The position numbers and the translations under genes were made by a program. Positions 20,639 to 30,424 of a stretch of 64,000 nt of DNA are shown in pieces. The stretch lies in IMG/VR virus record IMGVR_UViG_3300021964_007119, positions 18,180 to 82,179 of that record. One strand, written 5' to 3'. Position 1 is the stretch's first letter, and every line of letters begins with the position of its first letter. The DNA comes from a virus. The notes under the pieces were generated by a model, which was not told where the DNA came from, searched no databases, and saw nothing but the letters and a program-made list of their open reading frames with translations.

Positions 20639-22088
20639 TAAAAGTCGGGTCTTTTAATGAGTGTTCTAATTTTTTACCATTTTCCCCGAGACCACCTGCG
20701 TCATCAACTATCTTTTGTATTTCATCTCGTCTTTCATCAGGTATCCATAGTCTTGTAAATTCTTTTGTTGGGTCATCTAATACACCTTTACTCATACACC
20801 ACAATCTAATCTTCTCCCAAGAGTTGCTTAAAAATAAATTTGGGTGTGAGTTGTGAAGTAAGTTTTTCTTATATCCGTTTCCTTGTAAAATATGATACAA
20901 CCACTCTACACCAGATTTTGTATTCTTAACTTGTTTCTTTTTACTATCTAGTGCACTAATTAAATCACCAACCAAGTTTTCTTCAAATTGTTTGTCGTGT
21001 TCTGGTAAAGTCCAATCTAATGTTTGTCCAACTGATACATTGTCTAACATTTCTTTAAATGATTTTTTATCTTTAAAGTATAAAGGATAATCTTTACCTA
21101 ATACATGCTCGTGTGTATCGTGTTTATAAGTTAAACTTGGTCTACCAACTTTAATAGCATCTTGGACTGATAAATTCCAAGTCATATAATCATCTACTAA
21201 ACATAAACTTGCAAAACATTTGTCCAATAGATAGCGATAGTTTCCGCCACTTGGTAAGTTCTTAACCATCATCCAATCTGGTGCTGGTGCACCTGCTTTA
21301 GGTTTTTTAGCTTCATCATCAGTTACCCAAACTAACCACTCATCTCTATCTAAATCTTCTGTAAACTTAATTAATTTTTTTATACCGGTTGTGTTGTTCC
21401 ACCTATGGTTAAATACTAAAATCTTTTTATCTGGTAATGGAAATGGTTCTGGGTCAGGTAAATCTCCAACACCTAATGGAAAGTAATTTATTTTTTCTTT
21501 CATTACTTCTTCGTCAACACCTTTTGATGTATGTTTATTTTTATCCCAATTAGATTTCATATAATCTAAACTAACAGGACAATGGAAGTAAGAACGATAA
21601 GACAAATCAATGGCTTCTAATTGTCTGAAAAATCCAACAGGATAGCCACCAGTTGGTCTACTCTTTGCACAATCAACCCAATGGAAAAAGTTAAATGACT
21701 CTACTGACATACCATATCTACCAGTTAATAATGCATTATAAACATTGTATAATAATTCTGGTTGATGATTGAACACAAAATCAAAATCTTTTGCTCTCCA
21801 ATCCGTATGTTTAACTAAATGTCTTCCGTGAAAGAACCCACGATTAAACAATACTGATTGAGCATAGGGGAATGGAACTAATGTTACATTATCTCCTAAA
21901 TCTGGTATTGTATGATTTTCAGGGGTTAATATTGTGTGATGACACATAGGTAGCCATTTAATAGTTTTGGCCATTACCTTATAGTTTGAATCTGCGTGAA
22001 CGATATGTTTACTACCTTTCCACCTGACTGGCGACATTATATGTAGTATTCGTCTTCCGTATAGTTTGTGTGTATAACCTGTTTTCAT
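20613..22088 (-). CDS. GT-B-fold glycosyltransferase-like protein, substrate unknown (possibly DNA)
   Basis: DFVFNHQPE; KILVFNHRW...TG; TWNLSVQDAI in the position of the GT4 Ex7E motif. Confidence 0.55.
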   Translation of the reverse strand: MKTGYTHKLYGRRILHIMSPVRWKGSKHIVHADSNYKVMAKTIKWLPMCHHTILTPENHTIPDLGDNVTLVPFPYAQSVLFNRGFFHGRHLVKHTDWRAKDFDFVFNHQPELLYNVYNALLTGRYGMSVESFNFFHWVDCAKSRPTGGYPVGFFRQLEAIDLSYRSYFHCPVSLDYMKSNWDKNKHTSKGVDEEVMKEKINYFPLGVGDLPDPEPFPLPDKKILVFNHRWNNTTGIKKLIKFTEDLDRDEWLVWVTDDEAKKPKAGAPAPDWMMVKNLPSGGNYRYLLDKCFASLCLVDDYMTWNLSVQDAIKVGRPSLTYKHDTHEHVLGKDYPLYFKDKKSFKEMLDNVSVGQTLDWTLPEHDKQFEENLVGDLISALDSKKKQVKNTKSGVEWLYHILQGNGYKKNLLHNSHPNLFLSNSWEKIRLWCMSKGVLDDPTKEFTRLWIPDERRDEIQKIVDDAGGLGENGKKLEHSLKDPTFNDKENQWW

Positions 22089-22144
22089 AATAAATTTTTA
22101 ATTGTTAATTATTCTACTAGTAATAAATATCATTTAACTTTGTC

Positions 22145-22182
22145 AAAATACAAAATATTTTTTCCAATGTCAAGAACTTTTT
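22145..22182 (-). promoter_or_regulatory. sigma70-type early promoter
   Basis: AAAAAAGTTC-TTGACA-17 bp-TATTTT. Confidence 0.65.
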
Positions 22183-22718
22183 TAGTTATCAGTAATAAAT
22201 ATAATATCTTCGTTTAAATTTGCTTTCTTAATCTTAGCATCTGTAAACTTATATGGTTTAGTTCCTGGTGATTCCAAGATATCAATACGATTTACAAATC
22301 GTTTATTCATAGTATCTTTAACTTGGTAAACTCCGTCCTTTCCGTCTGTTCCACTCAACACAATAAAATCACCATAGTCTAACCAACCACCCCAACGCTT
22401 TAAAAGGTTTCTACTAACAGCAACATATTTGTATTCTGATGCTTTATGTATTGTAATTTTAGTTCCGTCGGCTAATATATTTGGTGTTCTATCAGTTTGA
22501 CCTCTTACTGGGTGATACATTGTAACCACAACATCAAGTCCGTCTAATCTATAACCATTTTCTAATTCATCAATTCTTAATTGCAATCTAACTCTATCGT
22601 CTTCTAGACTATCAATTGTCTGTAACCAATATTCACGATATCCTTTAAATAAATCTATCCAGATGTATCCATTGAATATCATAAAGATTGTTAAAAATAT
22701 AATAAAATATTTTTTCAT
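22182..22718 (-). CDS. Membrane-anchored 3D-domain (MltA-like) cell-wall hydrolase
   Basis: N-terminal TM helix; VTMYH...VAVSR...VKDTM...RIDIL. Confidence 0.7.
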   Translation of the reverse strand: MKKYFIIFLTIFMIFNGYIWIDLFKGYREYWLQTIDSLEDDRVRLQLRIDELENGYRLDGLDVVVTMYHPVRGQTDRTPNILADGTKITIHKASEYKYVAVSRNLLKRWGGWLDYGDFIVLSGTDGKDGVYQVKDTMNKRFVNRIDILESPGTKPYKFTDAKIKKANLNEDIIFITDN

Positions 22719-22750
22719 AATAAACTCCTGTGTTCTTATTATCTTAAATA

Positions 22751-22900
22751 TTAATATATGTCAATTTCGTCATCAGTTTCAAATTCATCATATTCTGACT
22801 CACCTTTGATAACTCTTATTGCTTCTTCTACTAATGACCAATCTTCTCTTTCAATCGCATCATAAAGTAGTTCTAATACTTGTTGTTTGTCAATTTCCAT
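22751..22900 (-). CDS. Small acidic hypothetical protein (49 aa)
   Basis: Manual translation MEIDKQQVLELLYDAIEREDWSLVEE... Confidence 0.5.
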   Translation of the reverse strand: MEIDKQQVLELLYDAIEREDWSLVEEAIRVIKGESEYDEFETDDEIDIY

Positions 22901-23483
22901 TTATAACCCAACCTTTCTCCAAATAAGGAATAGCTTTTTTATACTTCATTGTTAAAGTTTCTTTGTCTTTCGTAATTGTAACTTTTTCGTTTCTACCAAT
23001 CTTTAATTCGGTTCTACGAAAACTTTCTCTTTTAAATTCTCTATCGTAAATAGTCTTACCATTTAAGTGGTCTATCTCGTGTTGAACACAAACTGATTCT
23101 AATATTAGTAAATCATTATCAACTTGATTATCTTTTTCTGGACCAAATATCATTGTTCCCTCAACATTGTCTGCTTCAACTTCAATTCTCTCGTATCGTT
23201 TTGTCGTAACCATTTTGTCCGGTATAGACAAACAACCTTCTTTATAAATTATTTCTTTTTGTTTTTTAACAATAACGGGATTCAATAAGAAAAAAGGATT
23301 CGTAACATCAACAACACAAACTGATTTATCTTCTCCGATTTGATTTGCTGATAATCCTAATCCACCCTCTTGTTTTAAGGTTTTAAACATCTCAACCGCT
23401 AATTTTTGAGCAGTCTTTAAGTCTGTTTTCTTTGTTGGTGTAGTTAATATATCATTTGGATATACTACAATTTCTTTTATCAT
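22890..23483 (-). CDS. def: Peptide deformylase
   Basis: GLGLSANQIG, EGCLS and QHEIDHLNG motifs. Confidence 0.95.
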   Translation of the reverse strand: MIKEIVVYPNDILTTPTKKTDLKTAQKLAVEMFKTLKQEGGLGLSANQIGEDKSVCVVDVTNPFFLLNPVIVKKQKEIIYKEGCLSIPDKMVTTKRYERIEVEADNVEGTMIFGPEKDNQVDNDLLILESVCVQHEIDHLNGKTIYDREFKRESFRRTELKIGRNEKVTITKDKETLTMKYKKAIPYLEKGWVINGN

Positions 23484-23490
23484 ATAACCT

Positions 23491-23715
23491 CTATTTAAAT
23501 TTCTTTACTATTTTCTTGGCTTTTTCTAATTGTTCTTTATTCAATTCAATGTCCCAGGCAATATCATCACCCTCTCTCATATAAACAGCCGGTTTGAACT
23601 TTCTATCTCTTTTAAGTTTTAAAGTATCTCTAATTTCTTTATAGATTTCCCAACTAGGTATATGCATTTTCCATTGACCTTCTCCAATACTCCAAGTTTT
23701 TATTTTACTTTTCAT
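23491..23715 (-). CDS. Hypothetical protein
   Basis: 74-aa ORF in operon. Confidence 0.5.
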   Translation of the reverse strand: MKSKIKTWSIGEGQWKMHIPSWEIYKEIRDTLKLKRDRKFKPAVYMREGDDIAWDIELNKEQLEKAKKIVKKFK

Positions 23716-24634
23716 AACTTTCCTTTATAAATGGTTGTATCGCTAATTCCTTGTGTTTAGCCTCCACCATTACATCTACCTCTTTTCCATAAGTATTAGG
23801 AAGTTCATTTATTATGTCAGAATGTGCTTGTGGTTTAATTGACTCATCTAATTGATGTTCTGCTTTTGATTCTGAATAATGAACTACTGGAACAATATCT
23901 TTTGGCCAAGTTGATAGAGCCATTTCTAAGGCTTCTTGTTCTGTTTGTCCACCTGTATTAAACTTAAAGTGGTGGTAATCAAACACAATAGGAATACCAA
24001 TTCTTTTGTGAATACCCTCGTATAAATCTTTTACTGAATACATAGAAGCTTTGTCGTCATTTTCGACGGTAAGTCTTGTTTGAACTGACTCTGGTAGTTG
24101 TTCAAAATTTTTACAAAATCTATCTAATGCTGACTCCTTATCACCATATACCCCGTTACAATGTATATTGAGTTTGTTGTATGGTGTTCTTGATAAACCC
24201 ATAAAGTCAAATATGTCTGCGTGGATAGTCAAATCTGTGATTGTGTTCTGAACTACATTTTCATTTGGTGATACCAATACATTGAAAGGCCCCGGGTGTG
24301 AAGTTAGTCTATGTCCATACTTTGTTGCTAAATCTCCACAATCTTGTAGTATGTTTTTAATCTTATCAATGTTTGGAAAGTTATTCCAATCTTGGTAATA
24401 CTCAGAAGCCCAAGGAAACATTTCTGATGATAAACGAAAGAACTTAATATTGTTTTGTTCGTTCCACTCTATAATAGAATATAAGTCTGTTACATTTTTT
24501 AGAACTAATTCTGATGTATAGTCCAAACCTTTCTCTTGGAAAGTTCTTTTAATCATTGTTCTATTCGTGGTAATTCTATCATCACCCTTACGAGAACTTA
24601 ATTCTGTGTTGATACATGCGTAACCTAAATTCAT
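23705..24634 (-). CDS. uvsE: UV-damage endonuclease
   Basis: LGYACIN, FFRLSS, HPGPF, ENDD, FDYHH, HYSES, AHSD, EAKHKE. Confidence 0.93.
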   Translation of the reverse strand: MNLGYACINTELSSRKGDDRITTNRTMIKRTFQEKGLDYTSELVLKNVTDLYSIIEWNEQNNIKFFRLSSEMFPWASEYYQDWNNFPNIDKIKNILQDCGDLATKYGHRLTSHPGPFNVLVSPNENVVQNTITDLTIHADIFDFMGLSRTPYNKLNIHCNGVYGDKESALDRFCKNFEQLPESVQTRLTVENDDKASMYSVKDLYEGIHKRIGIPIVFDYHHFKFNTGGQTEQEALEMALSTWPKDIVPVVHYSESKAEHQLDESIKPQAHSDIINELPNTYGKEVDVMVEAKHKELAIQPFIKESYEK

Positions 24635-24640
24635 ACTTAT

Positions 24641-24678
24641 AATATAACCTATTTATTTTCGTTTGTCAAGAGCTTTTT
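24641..24678 (-). promoter_or_regulatory. sigma70-type early promoter, leaderless uvsE
   Basis: AAAAAGCTC-TTGACA-17 bp-TATATT, with ATG 6 nt after the -10. Confidence 0.75.
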
Positions 24679-24886
24679 TAAAACTTTTTTCAATCCAATA
24701 AATAACTACCATAACTTGTTCTTCTAATAGTGTTCCTAAAAACCAACTTAATGCTGGAAATACTATTAAAAAAGGTATCCACCAAAAGAAATATGCTATT
24801 AAATATATAACATATAAAACTAATAGTGTTGGTAGAAATCCAATTGTTATAAATTTAAAGTCTTCTTGTTTCAATTTTAATTTCAT
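24653..24886 (-). CDS. Small membrane protein
   Basis: Long hydrophobic stretch. Confidence 0.5.
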   Translation of the reverse strand: MKLKLKQEDFKFITIGFLPTLLVLYVIYLIAYFFWWIPFLIVFPALSWFLGTLLEEQVMVVIYWIEKSFKKALDKRK

Positions 24887-24887
24887 A

Positions 24888-25451
24888 CTATCCTACTTCT
24901 ATAATGTTTTTAATTTCTAACAAATGATTAATTCTGTATTTAGAATCTACATCTTTATTATACTCTCTATTAAATACAATAAAGTTATCTTTGTCTTCTC
25001 TGTTTTCAACCCAATGTTTGTGATTGACGGGTGAATCATCAATTAAATAATCTATATCGTGTATCCATTTAAATCTACTTTTCTCAAATATAACTTGATT
25101 TGGATTTAAACCATACTTACCTAACCAAGTTAAAGTGTGATGAAAGTTTCCTTTGAATTGAGATGTTACGATAATTAACTCGTGTCCGTTTTGTTCTGCC
25201 CATTTTTCAAGTGTCCAAAAGGCCGGAACTACTTCTGGAAAAGGAAGTGCTTCTTCAAAACATTCTCTTGAAAATTTATGTTTGTAAATTTCTTTTAGTT
25301 CATCTCTTGTTAATCCGGTTATATCGTTTTCAAATTTCCAAGACGATATAATTTCCGGGAACACAACATCAGGGTGTTCTTGTCCAACAACCTTTTTAAA
25401 AGCTGCTATGAAGTCTCTTAACACTCCGTCTACATCAATTCCTATTCTCAT
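24888..25451 (-). CDS. 5'(3')-deoxyribonucleotidase, HAD superfamily
   Basis: IGIDVDGVLRDF...IVTS...LIDDS. Confidence 0.85.
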   Translation of the reverse strand: MRIGIDVDGVLRDFIAAFKKVVGQEHPDVVFPEIISSWKFENDITGLTRDELKEIYKHKFSRECFEEALPFPEVVPAFWTLEKWAEQNGHELIIVTSQFKGNFHHTLTWLGKYGLNPNQVIFEKSRFKWIHDIDYLIDDSPVNHKHWVENREDKDNFIVFNREYNKDVDSKYRINHLLEIKNIIEVG

Positions 25452-25675
25452 TATCTCTCTCCGTATAAGTCAAATGTTTCTATTACTGGTTCAACTTCTA
25501 CCCCGTCATCAATCATTATCACACCTTTTTTAGCATCAATGTGAAAATCTGATACCTTGTATTGTAAATAAATTGAATTAAGTGCTTCTGTTAAAGATGT
25601 AAACAATACATCTGAACCCTCTACTTTCCACCTATCTCCTGGTGGTTGTCTAAATGCTATCTCTTTGTCTGCCAT
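25451..25675 (-). CDS. Hypothetical protein
   Basis: 74-aa ORF, RQPPGDRW motif. Confidence 0.5.
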   Translation of the reverse strand: MADKEIAFRQPPGDRWKVEGSDVLFTSLTEALNSIYLQYKVSDFHIDAKKGVIMIDDGVEVEPVIETFDLYGER

Positions 25676-25679
25676 AATC

Positions 25680-26030
25680 TTACTCCACTAAGTTTGTTAC
25701 TTGAATTAATATAATTGCTATTGCTAATATAATACATATAAAAGTTTTTAGTGTTGGTATTTCATCTAACATAGTCCAACTCATAATACCAAACACAATT
25801 GTTCCTACTCCGAATCCTATCATACGCATATTCCAAGTGAAACCAAAATACTCATAACATAATTTTGTTGCTATAAAAAAAGCATATCCAACTGGTATCC
25901 CGAATATTGACATATAATATGGATTGTTCCAAAATGCACTTTCAGTCCATTTGAATTGTGCGTTTAATTGATACCACGCTAAAATATTACTTATAATTAA
26001 TATTACGATTGTTAAAAAAAGCTTGTTCAT
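25680..26030 (-). CDS. Four-helix membrane protein (DMT/SMR-like)
   Basis: Four hydrophobic segments in 116 aa. Confidence 0.55.
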   Translation of the reverse strand: MNKLFLTIVILIISNILAWYQLNAQFKWTESAFWNNPYYMSIFGIPVGYAFFIATKLCYEYFGFTWNMRMIGFGVGTIVFGIMSWTMLDEIPTLKTFICIILAIAIILIQVTNLVE

Positions 26031-26090
26031 TTATTTTTTTTCCCGATATTTACCTTTGGTAATAACAAAAAGGAAGAATGATATACCTCG

Positions 26091-26990
26091 TCAACTACCA
26101 ATTTTTTTCACCACATAATTTACTATTTTTTCCCCAACATTTACTTTCGTAAACTTTTCCATACCTTCAAACCCTGGTGCAGAATTTACTTCACAAATTG
26201 TATAAGTTCCTTCATTGAATAATAAGTCTACTCCTGCAATATCTAAGTTTAATAATCTAGAACACTCACCTGCTATCCACTCGATATCTTCATCAACTTG
26301 ATAAGGAATCGCTTCTCCACCACGAGTTAAGTTTGCTCTAAAATCTCCGTCAACTGATTGTCTCATCATACAACCTACGACTTTTCCGTTTACTACTAAT
26401 ACTCTTAAATCTTTTCCGTAAGAATCCTGAATAAACTCTTGTAAAATAATATTATAACTTGGTTTGGTTAGTTCTGCCATTTTCATCAGTTGTCTAAATT
26501 GTTTTCTGTCCTCAACTAGAAATACTCCACTACCATATGAACCACTTAAAGTTTTTACTATCATTGGATATTTTAAATTCTTTTCAACTAGTTCCAGATT
26601 AATAGGGTGTTTTACCAACATAGTTTTTGGAACTGGTAAATTTGATTGTCCAAGAATTTGTTGTGAATATAATTTATCTTTAACATTATCTATAGCATCA
26701 CTTCCGTTAATCATCACAACACCTAGTCTTTCCATATGTCTAATAATGGCTTTAATAAAGTAAGTTGTTCCAGAACCTGTTCTTGGAAATACAAAGTCAG
26801 GTAATTTTCTTGGTTTACCATCAACGATAATAGATTTTCTATCATCTCTGTCTACAAAGATATCTACATCTTGTGGATTAACTACACGAATATCTACTCC
26901 TTGTTTTTCAAATTCATCTACAAGTCTTTTGACTTCGTGGTTCTCACCCAATTCTTTTTTATGTATTATCCAACCTGTTAAATTCGCCAT
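26091..26990 (-). CDS. rimK: RimK-family ATP-grasp ligase
   Basis: PRTGSG, DKL, VPKT, GSYGSGV, QEFI, DLRV, FRANL..GG, GVDLL, EVNSAPGF. Confidence 0.85.
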   Translation of the reverse strand: MANLTGWIIHKKELGENHEVKRLVDEFEKQGVDIRVVNPQDVDIFVDRDDRKSIIVDGKPRKLPDFVFPRTGSGTTYFIKAIIRHMERLGVVMINGSDAIDNVKDKLYSQQILGQSNLPVPKTMLVKHPINLELVEKNLKYPMIVKTLSGSYGSGVFLVEDRKQFRQLMKMAELTKPSYNIILQEFIQDSYGKDLRVLVVNGKVVGCMMRQSVDGDFRANLTRGGEAIPYQVDEDIEWIAGECSRLLNLDIAGVDLLFNEGTYTICEVNSAPGFEGMEKFTKVNVGEKIVNYVVKKIGS

Positions 26991-27193
26991 AATCTATCTT
27001 CCTCTGATTTGTCAGGATTTGTATCTTCTGGTTTTAATTCTTTGATGTATTGTATTAGTTCTACATAATCACTATCACTTACAACTTCAGATAGGTGTTC
27101 TACATATTTTAAAGCATTATCTTTACCACCATTCTGATACTCGTGTAGTGCCTTTCTTTTAAACCAATCTATACTTAACCAACTCTTGTTCAT
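26978..27193 (-). CDS. Hypothetical protein
   Basis: 71-aa ORF in operon. Confidence 0.45.
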   Translation of the reverse strand: MNKSWLSIDWFKRKALHEYQNGGKDNALKYVEHLSEVVSDSDYVELIQYIKELKPEDTNPDKSEEDRLWRI

Positions 27194-27573
27194 TTATTTT
27201 CTGTTTCCCATTCTTCCCCGAAGTGTCCTATCGGTACTCGTATCTCATCTTCTACATCATACTTTCTTGTTACATAATATAATAATATAGAGCCTGGTTC
27301 TAATGCTTTATATCCGTGATAAATACTTGGTGTTATCTCTAATACTCTTGGATTTTTGTCTGAAAGATATTCAAACTTACAACCATCTTCTTCTGTTGCT
27401 AATCCTACTTTAAATGAACCTTTTATACATACCCAATAATCTGTTTGTAGATTATGTTTATGCCATGCTACAATATGACTCGTATTATTTACATACGAAA
27501 CATTTACTTGTCCTGGTAAAGTATCAAAGACATCTAATAGTCTTTGTGCTCTATCATCTTCATTATACATCAT
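27190..27573 (-). CDS. RmlC-like cupin (dTDP-sugar 3,5-epimerase family)
   Basis: EDDR...AWHKH...HGYKAL...LLYYVT..YD. Confidence 0.75.
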   Translation of the reverse strand: MMYNEDDRAQRLLDVFDTLPGQVNVSYVNNTSHIVAWHKHNLQTDYWVCIKGSFKVGLATEEDGCKFEYLSDKNPRVLEITPSIYHGYKALEPGSILLYYVTRKYDVEDEIRVPIGHFGEEWETENK

Positions 27574-28067
27574 TTTAATACCAACTTTCTTTGTTTTCTA
27601 TTTAACATATGTATTGTGGTTAAGTAGTTTACACAATTTTGTTTCGTTGTTAAATTAATTTTATTTGTTTTAAATAACTCGGATAAAAATTCTAATGATT
27701 TATCATAACCACTTTGTTTATAAGTATCTCTACACTTTACAAAAACATCAGAAAACTTTTTATGGTTATATCTTACAACCTTTGATTGTTTTTTTGTTTT
27801 TGGTTGTGGTATAGGTTCTGACATTTTCCACTCGCGAGCTTTTGGTGCATTAATCTTACCACCAACTTTAACTGCTCGTCTATCTAATCTGTCTAAATTC
27901 TTTTTTGTTTCTGACGATACTGGTTGTATAAATGCTCCAGTCTTGTGTGGATATACAATATGTGCTGAATAAGCTTCTACTGATGAACACTCAACACATT
28001 CACGATACCCAAGATGAACTCTTTCATCAGGTATTTTAGTATCACATTTTATGCACTTATCAATCAC
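27570..28067 (-). CDS. Hypothetical protein with DksA-type C4 zinc finger
   Basis: CIKC...IPDER...CVEC. Confidence 0.55.
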   Translation of the reverse strand: MIDKCIKCDTKIPDERVHLGYRECVECSSVEAYSAHIVYPHKTGAFIQPVSSETKKNLDRLDRRAVKVGGKINAPKAREWKMSEPIPQPKTKKQSKVVRYNHKKFSDVFVKCRDTYKQSGYDKSLEFLSELFKTNKINLTTKQNCVNYLTTIHMLNRKQRKLVLK

Positions 28068-28497
28068 ATTTAGTCCATTTGTTATTTATCTTTTTAAATT
28101 TTGTAACTCGTTCTGTTAATGGAACAATTAGAAAATTACAATATTCTGGTTTCCAACCATTACAATCTCTGTATTCAACATCATATTTATTTATCCAAGT
28201 TCTCATTTTTTTATCAGATACAGCAATACATTTTGTTTTTTGTTTATTAAACAAAACATAATGACAAGGTTTTTTTCTTTTCCAATATCTTAATTTTCTA
28301 TCTTCAATTCTCCACTCGGTTCTTCTGTTATCCTGGATAGTAGTAAATGCTACTTCAACATCATAAGAAGTAGAAACCAAGTCCACATCTTTTACTGGTC
28401 CATTTACTAACCTATCATTAGAACCCATATCTTTCCATAGTCGTTTAGTTTCTTCACGATATGGTTTGTCATTGTATGTTACATCTTTATGTTTCAT
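28060..28497 (-). CDS. Hypothetical protein, possibly PD-(D/E)xK nuclease fold
   Basis: True start MKHKDV at 28497 (the longer track ORF runs through the tRNA); DVDL...DVEV motif. Confidence 0.45.
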   Translation of the reverse strand: MKHKDVTYNDKPYREETKRLWKDMGSNDRLVNGPVKDVDLVSTSYDVEVAFTTIQDNRRTEWRIEDRKLRYWKRKKPCHYVLFNKQKTKCIAVSDKKMRTWINKYDVEYRDCNGWKPEYCNFLIVPLTERVTKFKKINNKWTKCD

Positions 28498-28499
28498 AG

Positions 28500-28573
28500 T
28501 GGGAGCACAAGGACTCGAACCTTGAACCAAGAGCTTAAAAGGCTCCTGCTCTACCAAATTGAGCTATACTCCC
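28500..28573 (-). tRNA. tRNA-Lys(UUU)
   Basis: GGGAGTA acceptor, anticodon loop CT-TTT-AA, GGTTCGAGTCC T arm; no encoded CCA. Confidence 0.93.
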
Positions 28574-28585
28574 GTATACAACATT

Positions 28586-28623
28586 AATATACAAAATTAA
28601 TTGTCGTATGTCAAGAGTTTTTT
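28586..28623 (-). promoter_or_regulatory. sigma70-type early promoter for tRNA-Lys
   Basis: AAAAAACTC-TTGACA-17 bp-TATATT. Confidence 0.75.
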
Positions 28624-30424
28624 ATAATATTTGTTTATTATTAAGTTCTTGATACTTTTTATTTCTTGTTTCGCGAACAACATTATCATCTTTATGTATA
28701 ACCTTCATATATTCAGAAAGTCTTAAAACTCCCATTCTTAAATTATGGTGTTGACTCATAGCTCTACAATTCGTATCAAAGTCAAATACATCACCAAGAC
28801 CTTCTTCTTGAAAAGCTTTATTTCTTTCTTCATCAGTCATACGACTTAATTCCATATCTGAAATTATATGTCCACCAACTGGTGTTGATAGTAATTTGTT
28901 TCCGTCAATATCGTAGTGGTTGTTATCTTCCAAAGAATCTAATATGACTTCTCTACTAAATGTTCTATTTAATCCTGTTGGATTTGGAACTATACCTATT
29001 GTTTTTAAATACTCATCTTTGTAAAGACCTTTTAGAAACTCTTTCTTAATTTCATTGTAAACTAGTTTCATTTGACCTTGACCACTATTACGAGTATTTA
29101 ATCCAAACTTTGTTAAAGACCCCTCATTATCAACGGCTCTATTTCTATAAAACTCATTGAAACAACTCACAAAAGTTACTGGGTCATTAATAGTAAATTG
29201 TGTATCTTCAATATCTCTATTCATTAATAACAATTGTAAAAGATATTGTCTTTTAGGAAAAGGTTCTGACTCCTTAGTAGTTCTTAATGAAGAAATCATA
29301 TCATATAAAAAATCTAATTGGGTTTCAATTTCATCAAAGAAATTTATATCATCAGATTTATTATCAAATGCATTTCTATTGTTGTATTGTTCGATTAATT
29401 TAAAATCACTAAGGTCTACGGCTTTTTTATTAGAGTCAACAAAACAACCCACCATAGTTGAAACAGCTAAAGATTGTAATTTAACTCTTTCTTTTTCTGA
29501 CATCAACTCATATAGTGGATGATAGTTTGATTCCATAGCTCGAAACTCAACATACTTTGGTGATGACATTCTTAATATCTTCTTCATAAAATTACTTGTT
29601 TCTGCATGAAACATTTGTAAATCAGATTTTGGTGAATGAACATTGACTTCTTTAAAGTAGTTCTTTGTTTCTTCTGGACTATAAAATGGAAGTATTGTAA
29701 AATTAAATTTATTACCATACCAGTAATCATTTAATACTTCATCTTTTGTTATTGAAACTCCTTTTGATTCGGCTTCTTTTATGATGTCTTCTAAATACAT
29801 TCTGTTAACTTTGAATCCTCTAACGGATTCTTTATTTTGTTCGTCCCATTCTTCTGGTAATTGTTCATTATAATACCAAAGATTTTGTTTAGCATCAACT
29901 TGAACTAAACCTAGTGGAAAACCAATTAGTCCCCATAGACGATGTTCAACATCACAAGGTTCTAACACAACTTTACCATTGTTGTATCTTGTCATATTAA
30001 ATGTTCCAGAACTAATCCATTGAGAATCACTTTTTATTCTTTTATTGTCTTTGTTATACCTGATTGTCCAACCCCAATGTCTTCCAGCGTGTTCACAAGC
30101 ACTTCTATGGTTTGGTGCTGTATAAACCTTTGGGTCTTGACCGGTTTCTGGTTGAGAAAATAATTCTCCATTTATATATTTGTCAACTAATGGTTTTGGT
30201 GAACTTGAAAACTGGTATGAACCATATGATTCGTGTGGTTTTAAATTCTTCACATCAACATCAAATATCAATCCAATATTTTTTATAATTTGTTCTGTAT
30301 TAAATGATTGTTTTAAAGATGGATAATTTTTAAGATATTTTCCATATTCATCTTCTGTTAACCAGTCTGGTGCTGATTGTTTGATTAGTTTGTTGAGTAT
30401 CTCTCTCTTTTCTTTTTTAGTCAT
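28622..30424 (-). CDS. Divergent DUF262 (ParB-like) plus C-terminal HNH protein, GmrSD-like architecture
   Basis: EPCDVEHRL aligns with the DGQQRL motif; C-terminal GGHIIS...NCRAMSQHHNLRMG is HNH-like. Confidence 0.5.
   Translation of the reverse strand: MTKKEKREILNKLIKQSAPDWLTEDEYGKYLKNYPSLKQSFNTEQIIKNIGLIFDVDVKNLKPHESYGSYQFSSSPKPLVDKYINGELFSQPETGQDPKVYTAPNHRSACEHAGRHWGWTIRYNKDNKRIKSDSQWISSGTFNMTRYNNGKVVLEPCDVEHRLWGLIGFPLGLVQVDAKQNLWYYNEQLPEEWDEQNKESVRGFKVNRMYLEDIIKEAESKGVSITKDEVLNDYWYGNKFNFTILPFYSPEETKNYFKEVNVHSPKSDLQMFHAETSNFMKKILRMSSPKYVEFRAMESNYHPLYELMSEKERVKLQSLAVSTMVGCFVDSNKKAVDLSDFKLIEQYNNRNAFDNKSDDINFFDEIETQLDFLYDMISSLRTTKESEPFPKRQYLLQLLLMNRDIEDTQFTINDPVTFVSCFNEFYRNRAVDNEGSLTKFGLNTRNSGQGQMKLVYNEIKKEFLKGLYKDEYLKTIGIVPNPTGLNRTFSREVILDSLEDNNHYDIDGNKLLSTPVGGHIISDMELSRMTDEERNKAFQEEGLGDVFDFDTNCRAMSQHHNLRMGVLRLSEYMKVIHKDDNVVRETRNKKYQELNNKQIL

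Noticed and set aside
28498-28557. N-terminal extension MVEQEPFKLLVQGSSPCAPT of ORF 28060..28557
   Set aside because: It is a translation of tRNA-Lys; the real start is 28497
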